From Protoeuglena noctilucae (taxonomy: Eukaryota): a DNA stretch of 64,000 bases. Below, piece by piece: positions 37,167-48,653 of this stretch. The stretch covers positions 1,426,001-1,490,000 of the forward strand of contig OY253672.1 in NCBI GenBank assembly GCA_958009085.1, written 5' to 3'. Numbering within the stretch: the stretch's first letter is position 1; every line of letters begins with the position of its first letter. A program made the position numbers and the translations under genes. The notes beneath the pieces were generated by a model. It worked only from the letters and a program-made list of their open reading frames with translations, made no database searches and was not told the origin of the DNA.

Positions 37167-39497
37167 ATGAGCGGCGACGCGGGGGATGGCGGGGAGGTCG
37201 GCGCAGGCGCCGCGAACTCCAAGCGCGTGATGAAGCGGAAGAGGGACGCGCAATGCCCGGACGTGGAGGATCTGGCCAAAAAATGGTCCGAAGGCGACAT
37301 CGGGCGAGTGTCGACGCTCACATGCCTCTCAAGGAGCAGTGATTGCTTTACAAACGTCGCCTTCACTTGCGCTGCCCCGCCGTGGCTGTGCAGGAACGCG
37401 CGGCGGCAGCTGCTGGCCTGGTACGACCGCGGACACCGCATCTTGCCATGGAGGAGGAACGCGCACTCGCAACGAGGTGCGCTGGCCTCCCCAGAGCACG
37501 AGGCATTCGAGCTGCAGGGGCCTGTGCATCACTCAGCATTTCTGCCCTTCCATGCAGATGACGCAGGCGGTGGAGCGCCTGCCGACCTCGACGACTCCAC
37601 GTTCGCGTATCGGGTGAGTCCACTTGCGCGCAGAACAGCGTGCTGCGGTCGGCCCACAGCACGTTCATCCCTCCGCCCTGCTCTCGCTCTCATGCCCGCA
37701 GGTTTGGGTCTCCGAGGTCATGCTGCAGCAGACGCGGGTGCAGGCGGTCATATCTTATTTCCAGAAGTGGGTGCAGAGGTGGCCCGACGTCCGAGCGTTG
37801 GCCGCTGCGACGCTCGAAGAGGTCAACGAGGTCAGAGCGCTGTGCCAGGATCACAATCGCAGTTATATTGATGCGGAATGTGTAAAAGCCACAACACAGT
37901 TCCCGGCTGCGGTGTCGCAGGTGTGGGCCGGGCTGGGTTACTACCGGCGTGCACGGTTCTTGCTGGAAGGGGCACAGTACGTCGTGTCGGAGCTGCAGGG
38001 CACCATGCCGAGCACGGCAGAAGGACTGAGGAAGGTCCCCGGCATCGGGCCGTACACCGCGGCTGCTGTCGCGTCCATCGCCTTTGGCCGGGCGGAGGCG
38101 GCGGTGGACGGCAACGTGATACGCGTGGTGGGTGGCAGTGTGCACTGCTGCAGGGCGCATGCACACCGACTCCGTCATGTCCCTGCTGTTATGTTCATCA
38201 TCAGTGCTGTTCTTGTTAGCAAGGAGGTCAGTGCTGTTCTTATCAGCAAGGAGGTAGCCGCCACTGCTAGTCTCCCCACCGCAGGTCAGTCGGCTTTGGG
38301 CGGTGCCGGGGGACGTGAAGAAGGGCGCAGTGGCGAAGAGGATCCAGTCGCTGGCCTCGGAATTTCTCGATAGAGACAGACCGGGGGACTTCAACCAGGC
38401 GATGATGGAGCTGGGGGCCACCGTGTGCGTACCCTCAGGGCAGCCGCAGTGCGGGGTCTGCCCCTTGAGTGGCGTCTGCGTGGCGCGCAAAGAGGAGGCG
38501 GCTTTCCGGGAAAGCGGGGGCGACGTGAGCGCCCCGGACGCCCCCTTAGCCACGCGCTTCCCTCAGAAAGTGGAGAAGAAGGGGCCACGGGATGAGACGG
38601 GTGAGGGAGTGCGTGCGCACAGCATGAACACTGTGCAGCGAAGCACCCCCCAGAAGCGTACCATATCAATACACAGCATCATATAACAGCTGCGTGGATA
38701 CCTTCGCAACCGCAGTGGATGTCCACGTGGTGGAGCTTTGCCCCAGACCTGAGGAGGGGTCCCCTGGCACGGGTGGCACTGTCGATGGGCAGGGTGGCGC
38801 ACCTCCCAAGTACCTTTTGGTGCAGCGTCCCGCCAAGGGCATCCTCGCTGGGCTGTGGGAGTTCCCATCCGTCGTGAGAGAGGGAGCCGATGAGGGTGCG
38901 AGCGACGATGAGGGCGGCAGTGGGGGCGACGCGGCAGAGGAGGCGTATGGGGTGACGGGAGTGGCGACTGGGGCGGACGGGGGAGTGAAAAAACGAGCAG
39001 AGGGTGCTGACGGGGTAGTGGATGGGATAGATAAGGGGAAGCGAGGATCCTCGGCGAAAAGTGCAGACGCGAGGGCGGTGGCTGCGGAGGCGCGGCCCGA
39101 GGGGTCCGATGGGCTGCGGCGGGTCTTGGCAGAGGTGTTTGGCGACGCGGATGTCATCTCCAGCGAGGCGCTGCGGGACCTGGGAGAGGCCGGGACCCTC
39201 ACGCATGTCTTCTCTCATGTGCGGCACACCATGCACGTCAGGCGGTGGCGGTGGGAGCGTGCTGGGGAGCCGGTGGCGCTGGAGGGGGCGCGGGGCGTGC
39301 GGTGGCTGACGGAGGCGGAGCTGGAGAGCGCAGCGCTGACGTCGGGGGTGCAGAAGGTGCGGAAGCTGGTGTTCAAGGCTGGAGGGGAGTCTGGGGGTGC
39401 CAAGGGGGGTGCCAAGGGAGGAAGGAAGTCCAAGGGACGTTCCGAAGGAGAGGGCTCAAGGCAAGGTCGGCAGAGAGCATTGACGGAATTTCTCTGA
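37167..39497 (+). CDS. MUTYH: A/G-specific adenine DNA glycosylase MutY
   Basis: LLAWYD...[27 protein letters not shown], Hh[33 protein letters not shown], 4Fe-4S cysteines, NUDIX-like [10 protein letters not shown] and THVFSH. Confidence 0.97.
38201..38254. repeat. 27-bp tandem duplication in a MUTYH intron
   Basis: tcagtgctgttcttgttagcaaggagg / tcagtgctgttcttatcagcaaggagg. Confidence 0.85.
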
Positions 39498-39993
39498 GGA
39501 GGCAGCTGTGTATGGTGACGCGTGAATGTGTATAGTGACGATTGCTTTTGGATGTTGCGCATTTGCTGACGATGTTTCAAACGCACGCGTGATTTAAACG
39601 TCACACATGGTGGGTGGAAAGCCGCCAACGGAGCGACAGGATCGTGCTGCGTCGGTCGGTCCGGTCAAAGCACAACGTGAAGGGCAGTGAAGAGGGCGCG
39701 GCTGGCAGTCAGCCAAAGTGCTCAGCCCAGCCGCGGCGATACTGGGCCCAAATGCTTGGCCCCAAGCCGCGTTGCAATGCGGCTCCACAAGTCCCTGCTA
39801 GGGTGACGACCGTGCGCTGCCACCCCCAAGAGAGCGACAACGCATTGGCTGTCCTGTGTCCCACAACATCCCCCGCGATGCGACGTACCCCTGACGATGG
39901 TAACTGCGGCCCTCAATAGGGCAACGCCCTGCCCACCATACGTCCCACAACGACAACACCACGAGCCCGTAATAGCATCATGGTCGCGGCCCT

Positions 39994-42900
39994 TCAAAAG
40001 GGCGACTCTCGGTCCGTCACGTTCTCCATCGTGTGCGTCCTCGTGTGTGTTGCACGGCTCCCCGTCGGACTCTCAAAGGGCGTCCCTGGGTCATCCATCG
40101 CATCCAAGCCTTCCACCGCATCGCCTCCGCCGCCCCTTGATGCAGCGCTCTCCTGCGGCGGGTAGCAGCTCAGCATGCACCAACGCATGTGCGGTAGCAA
40201 ACACCCCCATGGCCCCACCCAAACAGCCGCTCAGCCATTCATGCAACCAGCCAGCATCTCCGTCCCATTAACCCAATACCCATCGCTCACCTCCTCGCCA
40301 CGCCCGACGGCCAGCACCCCGCTGTGCACGGTGTCGCCCATGCCGCTCAGCCGCCACAAAAACGCGTCGTCCTCCTCCCCCTGCCCCGCCACCTCCCCAG
40401 CTCTCCTCCCGCCTCCGCGCGCCCTGTCGGGTCCCGTGCTATCTCCCAGCCCCTCCTCCTCCCCCACAGGCGCAAGCGTGCGCGAGCTCGCACCCCCATC
40501 CGCCCCAGCCCTGCCCCACCCCCGCGGTGGCTCGCGGCGCCGGTCCCAATCGCCGCCCTGGGCCCCGCTGCCCGGCCCCGCAGACGCAGACGCGCCCCCC
40601 TCGCCCGCCCTCCCGCTGCCCGCTGCAACATCGTCGCCCCGCTCCAGGTCTCTCGCATGCGCATCCAGCAATGAGTCCTGCGAATGTTGACAATATCAGA
40701 AACGAATTGGTAAATACATATACAGCCGAGGGACAAGCGAGGCAGTTCCGCATAGGTCACGGTGGGCGCTACTCGTGCTCTCTGGTAGCTGCTACCCATC
40801 GCTCTCTGCGCCCCCATCCTCGCCTGCAGGTCCACGTTGCGTCTCCTCCGCCAGCTCCTGGACCTCAGCCCGAGGATCTTGGCCCCCAGTTTCTGCCGCA
40901 ATGCCGCTAAGCCCCCGCGCCGCACCGCCGGGACCCGCGCCCCGCCCCTGGCGTCCCCATCCGCCCCGGCACCCGAGGGACCCGCGCTGGCCGACTGGCT
41001 GGCGCGGTGCGCCTGCGTGATGCGCTCCCACCGCCCCAGCGCCCTCCTCTGCCGCCCCTCGGGCCACGGCACGACCAGCGCGGTGCCTGTCAGTGCCAAA
41101 GCAATCGCGACGCCCGGGACAATGGATACGAGGGCCTTGCGGACAAGCCAGACGCGCTCCAGGCCGTCACGGAACTTGCGCGCCAGCTCGGGCGTGATGG
41201 CGGACTCGACCTCGACCTCCATGATAGGGACGATGGACGGAGCGACGGCAGGGTCGATCTGGTTGTAGGGCTCCAGCTGCGTGGAGAGGACGAAGACCTG
41301 CCGCGCCCCCATCGTGATGCCCGTGGTGGGCTCGATGTCGATGAGCGCGGTCGACACCGGGTCGCTGCACCCGTCCAGGCCTTCAACTGCGGCCAGAGCA
41401 CGATGCGGTGCCTGCGTCAGCACATGCGCTTTTAAATCACAGCATGCGCCTCTCCAGGTCCCAGCATGCGTTTGGAGACACGCGCCGTGCCCGGCCACTT
41501 GGCTGGCTGCTACTCCCCAACGTTGCTCAGCTTGCTGCCACTGGCACCCCAACCTTGCTCGCCTTGGGGGAGGTCCTCGGGTCGCACGTGGCAGTAGCCC
41601 TTGCGGCTGATGTAGAGCATCGGGAGCTGCACTGGGACAGTTGGGGGCGCAGCGGAGTCGCTGCTCCGCTGCAGGGTGAGGCGCGAGAAGGGCTCCGTGA
41701 TGTTCCACATGCCCTGGATGCCCTGGTAGAAGTGGTCGTTGCGCGCCCACACGCTCGGGTCGTCCGTGAATCGTATTAGGGGGATGCCCTCGCGGTCCAC
41801 GTGGCCCGCAAAGCGAAGGTCAACAGCGCGGAAACCCTCACGGATCCACTGCGGTGGCGAGAGGGCGTCAGTCGTGAGCAAGCCGCAGCCATGAGCCATA
41901 ATGGCTGTAAGCGGGATGACGTGCGCCGACCAGAGGGGGCAGTCGTGAGCGAGTAGCTGCCATGAGTTATATAATGGCTGTAAGCGGGGTGACGTGGGGT
42001 GCTTCCTGTTCCGTCCCTGTTCCGCAAGCGGCCTCTCACCAGTGCGAGCTTGGCGCTGCGGCCGTCCTTCATGCCAGGGGGCCACTGCGCGCCCGTGGAG
42101 CCCCGGACGGGCTCGCTGGCGGGGCACCCCACGCAGTCTGCGGCCAGGAGCAGGCATGCGTTGCCATGGCGTGTGGATGAGCTCAGCATGGGCGTGTGGC
42201 AGACCCCAGCACACGCGAGTGGTCGAGCTCAACATCAGTACTAAGAACACAACTCAACACCTCGTCTATGCGCCCCCGTGAGCTCTGCCCTCACCGGAGC
42301 GCCATACGTCCAGGGCCGTCATGCCGTTCCACTGCACGAGCCTCCGCACCGCCGCCAAGTCTCTCGCCCCGGTGAGCAGGGCGTCCGGCATCGTGGTGTT
42401 GCGCAGCTCCGCCTCCGTCATGTTGCGCTCGAGGGCGAGGCGGGGGCTGACGTCGGGCAGCCACCGCTTGACCCTCTGCAGGAGCGGGTCCTCGTAGCCC
42501 CACAGGACCTCCCGCGCTGGCCGCGTCATCAGCGTCCCGTGGCAGTGCGACTTGTCCAGCCAGCCCACGAGCTGCTTGAGGATCCAGCCCACCAGCGTGG
42601 GGTGGTTGTAGTACCGCCTCTGCAGCGTCTTGACGATCGAGATGAGCGACAGGTTCGGGGTGGTGATGGGCGCATCAAGCAGGGACACGTCCAGGTCGGG
42701 GCTCTCGTGCATCGTCGTCCATGCCAGATACGTGACGCGGGACTGCGTGTGACGGGGGGAGGGAGCAAAGGCACTGAGAGCCGAGGGCAAGCTCGCTGAG
42801 GCGGACGTGGTGCAAGACCTAAGGCAAGCAATGGCAGGAACGCTGCCGGGGCCAGTGTCCCCGGCCCCGTGAGGCGCGCGCGGCACCTTATCCTCGCTGA

Positions 42901-43454
42901 ACGTCGGATCCAAGGCCCGCTGCCGCATGTGATAGCTGAGGGGGCCCACACGCGTCACGCGGGGCGGGAGGCCCGCGCGGACCTCCTCTGGATTCGTGAT
43001 GTTGAAGAACGTGTAGCGCCGATGAATTGGTGGGTTTTGAGGGTCCCACTTGGAGTCTGCGAGGTCACGCGACGCCGCCAGTGTCTCGCGAACCCTGCGC
43101 AGCGCAGCGCGTGCGACCACCTAGGTCAACAAGCGCTCACCTCGCCACGCATTGAGCAGGGCCGGGTCCATGTCGGGCGATAGAACGATCCTGTCACGTA
43201 TGCCCGCCCGCATTGCTCTGTCGAGGTACCCTGGGCCCAATCGTCCCAAAAGTCCCAACAACACGGCAAAAATTAGCAGTCCACCGCCAGCGACCTGAGA
43301 GCGCGGACGGACAGGCCCTCGTTAAGGGTGAGGATACCAGCAATCGCCAACGCGAGGCCTCTTCCTTCAGCCAGGGGCGGGGGAGCAAGGGGCGCGAAAA
43401 GAAACTGCATCGAACCTGCCGGAACGCCAGCCGAATCTTCATATTCGCAGCCAT
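39994..43454 (-). CDS. CD36 / scavenger receptor class B / LIMP-2 family membrane protein
   Basis: N-terminal TM (MAANMKIRLAFRQ|VAGGGLLIFAVLLGLL), YTFFNITNPEEV...VGPLSY, ITTPNL, REVLWGYEDPLL, VRGSTGAQWPP, IDIEPTTG, C-terminal TM (LVSIVPGVAIALALTGTALVV) and a long tail. Confidence 0.88.
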
Positions 43455-43828
43455 GGTGGACTGCTTCACAGACGACGCTTTCGGTCAACTAGAGCAACGC
43501 ATTCCTAGGCCGCTCTTGTGGAACACCGCTGCGGTCTTCACACCCCCGCGCAGTGGAGCCCTGAGGCGTAGGATGCGCAGGGCAGCTATGTCGTTGAGGA
43601 ACGTGCCGCATAGGTGCCGGGTGAGAGCTGCCTTCATGTTGTTCCACAGCCGGGCTCAGTGCCCTACCTAGGGCAAGCCTGTTTAGCTTTCTTTCCACCG
43701 TCTCGATGGCGCACGTCCCCACAGCAACGACAGAGGTGGCTTTGGTCTTTGCAGAGCATTTGCATTCTTCCGAGAAGACAGGCTGACGGACCTCTCCCAA
43801 GAGTGAGCGAACTCAGCACGCGACAACC

Positions 43829-45939
43829 ATGGCCGTGAGGCGGGTGAGTGCACTGCACAGCTACAAGCGCTGGGGTGCGTTGGGGGTTGGAACGGAGGCT
43901 GGGCGGCTAGGGATTTATGCGGCGGCTCCAGGCGGCTGACCCTGCGTCCTGGAAGACGCATGTCATTTGTATTGCGGGCGCTCAATATGTATATTCGTAC
44001 TTTAGTGTATCTAGGAGGTATGCAGCGAAGAGGGTGCGCAGTGAGGGAGCGCGGGGACCACGTGCCTTGGCCGCAGCGAAAGAAGCGCACGCACGTGCGC
44101 GCGGAGGCGGACACGTCCAAGAAGGGCGCCCCCAAGTCGTTCGGTGAGCAGTGACGCGCACATCGAAGCAGGTGGGCAGAGCGCCGCCGCGGCGGAAGCC
44201 TCCTGCAAAAGGGCCCAAGCTAGTTCCCCTCGCAGTCTTCCGCCGGGGCCGCTTCGGGGGCCTGCTCAAGGGGCTCGAGAGCGATTTGAGGGACGTGATG
44301 CGCCCCAACACAGCGCTCAACTTGCGGGAGAGCAAGCGAAACGTGCTGAAGGACTTCGTCTCCGTGTCAGGCCCCCTCGGCGTCACCCACTTCCTCATCC
44401 TCTCAGCGACCCAGCACGCCTCCTACCTGCGCGTCGCCAAGACGCCCCGCGGCCCGACCCTCACGTGCCGCATCCAGGCTTACAGCCGCGTCTCGGACGT
44501 GCAGGCCGCGCAACGCAAGCCGCGCTTCCCCCGCACAGGTGAGGCCGCGTGCCCTGCGCTCCGCCCCAGACCCTTTCAAGCAGCGCCTCGTGCTCTGGAA
44601 TATCTTAGCTCGCGCCCAGCGCCCCAGCGCTTTGGCAGGGCTTGACTCTGCGCCCGCACCTCTCGCACGCAGCCTTCCTGAACGGCCCCCTGTTGGTCAT
44701 GAACAACTTCGGGCAGGCGGAGCACATGAAGCTCGCCACCGTGCTGTTCCAGAACCTCTTCCCGGCCATCAACGTGAACACCGTCAAGCTCAGCAACTGC
44801 CGGCGCGTGGTGCTCCTCAATTACGTAAAGGAGACCAACACGATTCAGGTCGGTTGGTGTCACCCGCACTGTCTGCGTGACTGTCACGCAGCCAAGTTGG
44901 CCGCAGCCAGGAGAGCGACGTTATCGAACCCCGCGTCTCTCCGCAGTTCCGACACTACATGATCACGGCGCAGCCCGTGGGCGTGACCAAGGCGGTCAAG
45001 AAGCTCGTGCAGCGCAAGGGCGTCCCGGACATGGGGGACCTCCAAGACATCTCCGAGTTCGTCTCCAAGCAGTCGCTCCCGGGCTACAACTCAGAGGTAC
45101 GACTGGGCAACTGGCAGGCGATGGCAGCCGTTGGGCGACGGCAGCAACTAGGCGCAGCCGTGGTTTGTGACTTTTCCAATCCCGCCAGTCCCCTTCGTTC
45201 GCTCCCGCAGTCGGAATTGGAGGACCCCTCGGCGCAGGTGGAGCTGGCGCAGGAGCTGGCCGGGGGCAACCTCCCGAGCCGCCAGTCGGCCATCCGGCTG
45301 CACGAGCTGGGCCCGCGGATGGAGCTCGAGGTGGTCAAGGCGGAGGCGGGCCTGTGCGGGGGCGCCGTGCTGTACCACGCGCTGGTGGAGAAGTCTGTCG
45401 AGGAGAAGGCGGCGACCGAGGCGCGTGTCGCCGAGCGCGAGCGGCTGCGGAAAGAGCGCCGCTCCGAGCAGGAGGCCAACGTGCGGCGGAAGCGCGAGGA
45501 GCAGCGGCGCAAGCAGGAGGAGCAGGAGGCCAAGCGCCGGCGCCGGGACGAGGAGGGCGACGCGGGGGGTGCGGGCCGTGCGGGGCCGCGGCGGTCCGAG
45601 TGGGACAACCCGGAGGACGGAGAGGCGGACGACGACGCGGCGTGGTATCGGGACGAGGTCGAGGAGGAGCCGGAGGAGGGTCTGGGGACCGAGGAGCGAG
45701 GCGGGAGAGGGGGGCGCGGGGGGCGGGGGCGGGGCTTTGGCAGGGGGCGGGGAGGGAGGGGCTTTGGCGGGGGACGCGGGGGCGCGAGGGGCCGAGGGGG
45801 GCGCGACGGCCTCAAGGCGCGGGACGGCGGCGTGAGGAAGGCTGGCGCTGGCGCAGGGAGCGGGGCGCGCGGCAAGACGAGGGGGTCGGGCAAGGGGGAG
45901 CGTTCCGACAAGAGGAAGGGGCGTGGGCGCGGGTCTTGA
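43829..45939 (+). CDS. PPAN: Peter Pan / Ssf1 Brix-domain ribosome biogenesis protein
   Basis: MAVRR|RKKRTHV, PKSFVFRRG, DLRDVMRPNTALNLRE, GPLGVTHFL, PRGPTLT, FQNLFPAIN, AIRLHELGPRM, GLCGGAVLYH and an RGG-rich tail. Confidence 0.96.
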
Positions 45940-46151
45940 GCAGTGGGTGCAGCCATGGAAGGCTTGAACGCGGCGGATTCGCATAGATGGGGAGTCCGAC
46001 CGGATATTGCCCTTACGTCAGAACTTAACGCGCTGCGCCCTGCGCCTGTAATCCCCCGGCCGGTCCCCGACACCGTCACTGACCTTATTCCACCCCGCTG
46101 TATCCCCTCGGCATTCCTCGGAATCCCTTCGGCCGTTCGGAATCGTTGCAC

Positions 46152-47468
46152 ATGACCGAGGTGGTGGACCAGGTCATTGGTCTCGGTGAGTGCCGCGAGC
46201 AGAGCGCCATTGACCCCCTGCGGCATCTGTCGGGGCCCCCGACGGCCCCCCACGGCTGCATGCGAAGGTCTTTTTTGGGTCCCCCCGCTCCGGCCGCGCG
46301 GGCCCCGCCCTGGCCCTCTCCTCGGTCTCATCGCGCGTTTCTCGACGCCCGCCGCGTGCCTTTTTCAATCCCGTGCCGAGTTCGCGCGGGCCATGTTCGT
46401 GCGCGCTCCGCCGGTTCTCCCCGCCCCGGGCGAGCCTCCCGCGGCCGTCCTGCGTCTTGTGTAGTCGCCTGCGAGTCGCGAGGGGCCTCCTTCCCGGGAG
46501 GGGCGGCGCGCCGCGACCCGGAGCGGCAGGTCGGGGTTCCCGGGCCCCGACGCCTCGCCCCAGCCCCGGGTCGCGGCGACGAGGGCCTTCCTTAGCGCAG
46601 TTCGCGGCCGTACGCGTGCAGCAGCGCTCCGCGGGGCGCCCGACGGGCCCCGAGCGCGGTCTCGTAGCTTCCGAGGGCCCCCGCCCCCGTCGAGCCCGCC
46701 CGCGCCCGCGGCCCGCCACCTTTCGGTCTCGACGCCCGAGGGAGCGCGCGGGCGGTGCTCTGGGGCGCGGGCCGGGCCTTTCGCGCGCTCGCCTGCCCGA
46801 CCGTTGCGCCCGGGGTCCCGCTCGCCCCCCGCGCCCGCCCGGCTCGCCCGGTCCTTGCCCCTCGTCTCGTTCTTCGCGCCGCGAATCCCGCCCGCTGACC
46901 CCTCCCGCTGCTCCCGCCCGCAGATCCGCTGGGCGGGCTTGACGACATCGATGCGAACAACGCAACGGCGGATGTCGGTGCTGCGGAGGACAACGTGCAC
47001 ATTCGCGTTCAGCAGCGCAATGGCCGCAAGTCCTTGACGACGGTACAGGGACTGGACATCAAGGTGTGTGGCGTGGCCGCCCGTGGCCTGCTCGGGTGGC
47101 GTTTGCCGTCGCTCGTGGGTGGTCCGAGCGCAGGCTGCGCAGCGGTCCTCGTCTAAGGGCCTGGCGCGAGACCCTGCCTCGCTGCTGTGCGTTGTGGGGC
47201 CGTTGTGTGCATGCCGCTGTCGACGCGGTGCGTTGCTCCTCCACCCCCACGACAAGAACGACACCTTCCTTCCGTGCCCCCGCAGTTCGACAAGAAGCGC
47301 ATCCTGAAGGCGCTGAAGAAGGAGTACTGCTGCAACGGCTGCATCATCGAGGACGAGAAGGCCGGCGAGGTCATCCAGCTGCAGGGCGACCAGCGCAAGA
47401 ACGTGGCGACCTTCTTGATCGATAACAAGATCGTCAAGAAGGACACGCTCAAGATTCATGGCTTCTGA
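46152..47468 (+). CDS. SUI1: Translation initiation factor eIF1 (SUI1), 3 exons
   Basis: VHIRVQQRNGRKSLTTVQGL, KKEYCCNG, IQLQGDQRKNV, IHGF*. First exon MTEVVDQVIGL joins in phase over intron 46186-46923. Confidence 0.96.
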
Positions 47469-48653
47469 GCGCGCGCGCCGCCTCCGCGAGCTGCCCGCCA
47501 CGGTGTAGAGGAGCGCCGCGGGTCCAGCGCGGCCCGCAAGGTCGGTTGGGACCCTAGCCGCTCGCGCCGCCCTTCCTGGCCGCGCACCCGCTCCGCCTCG
47601 GCACCCGTACGCCGCGCGCCCGCCCTGCTTGTGTGCTAGCTTGTCTGTCTTTCCAGCGCACCCTTGTCTGGCCCAAGATGGCCCGCCTTTTGAACCTGCT
47701 CGCGGAAGACGAACGCTGTGCGGCTGCTAGGACCCGTCCAGAGTGCGAGGGTCGCGCGCGCGTGCAGAAGGATCCCCTGCGGGCGGGCAAGGCCTCGCAC
47801 TTCTGGCAACTCGGGCCGCGGTTGACAGCTTGAGCGCGAGGAGGCCGGGCGCGCGCATCCCAATCTTCCTTCATCGCCCGCGACACCTGGAGGGACGAGA
47901 CCAGCGAGGACCTCGGCTCCCCGGCGAAGGAACGACCCACCTCGACCCTCCTGCACACCAGGGGCGCCCAGCGCGGACACGGTGCGTGGTGATGGCATTA
48001 CCGCGCCTGCTGCCCGCCACCGCGTCCCCATGAGACGACCCCAGCCCCCATTGCATCCCCTTGCGCTCGATGCGGGACACAAGAGGCGCGCGCCCCCGCA
48101 ATCCGCGATCGTGTTTGGCACATCGTTCCTGGCGCGACGGTCCTCGGCCCAGCGCGCCCGCAAACGGACTTTCCGCGCGGGCGTTGTGACGCGCGCGCCG
48201 GCTGGGCCAGGCATCGCCGCGCTCGTCCCGCGCAATTTCGTTCGCTCGCTCTAAACGCTGCGATTGCCGGGCCGATCGGGTGCGGCCTGCGCGCGCGTGT
48301 TGGGACCAAAAAGGCCCGGGGCATCTCTGCCGCCGTCTGCAGCGCGCCCGGGCCGCTGTCCGCATCCCATCCGGTTGCTTCGCTTAGGTTTGCGGCCCAC
48401 CGCACCGGAAAGCGCTGGATCGTGCTGGGCGCGATCCCCGCGCAACACCTGGAGTTGGGCCAGGCAGCTGGGCCTACGCCGGCGTCTGCGGCCATCCGCG
48501 GCGGCGCTCGCCTTCTTGTGCGACTTCTCTTGCCCTGCGCGTCGGCTGCCTGACTGCCTCGGTGCCCCCCGTGACCCCCGGCAAGCGTCCGTGCCCCGCC
48601 CGTCGCTCATGGCCCTGTCCCGCCCTCTCCCAGGTGGCGAGCGTCGAGCGACC

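Noticed and set aside
38424..38480. MutY 4Fe-4S motif spaced Cx7Cx2Cx5C instead of Cx6
   Set aside because: A single-residue loop insertion with all four Cys retained is too minor to call unusual without an alignment.
46035..46065. gcgcctgtaatccc resembles the SRP/Alu 5' motif
   Set aside because: Short match only, with no surrounding SRP RNA structure. It more likely reflects a TGTAA poly(A) signal for PPAN, or chance.
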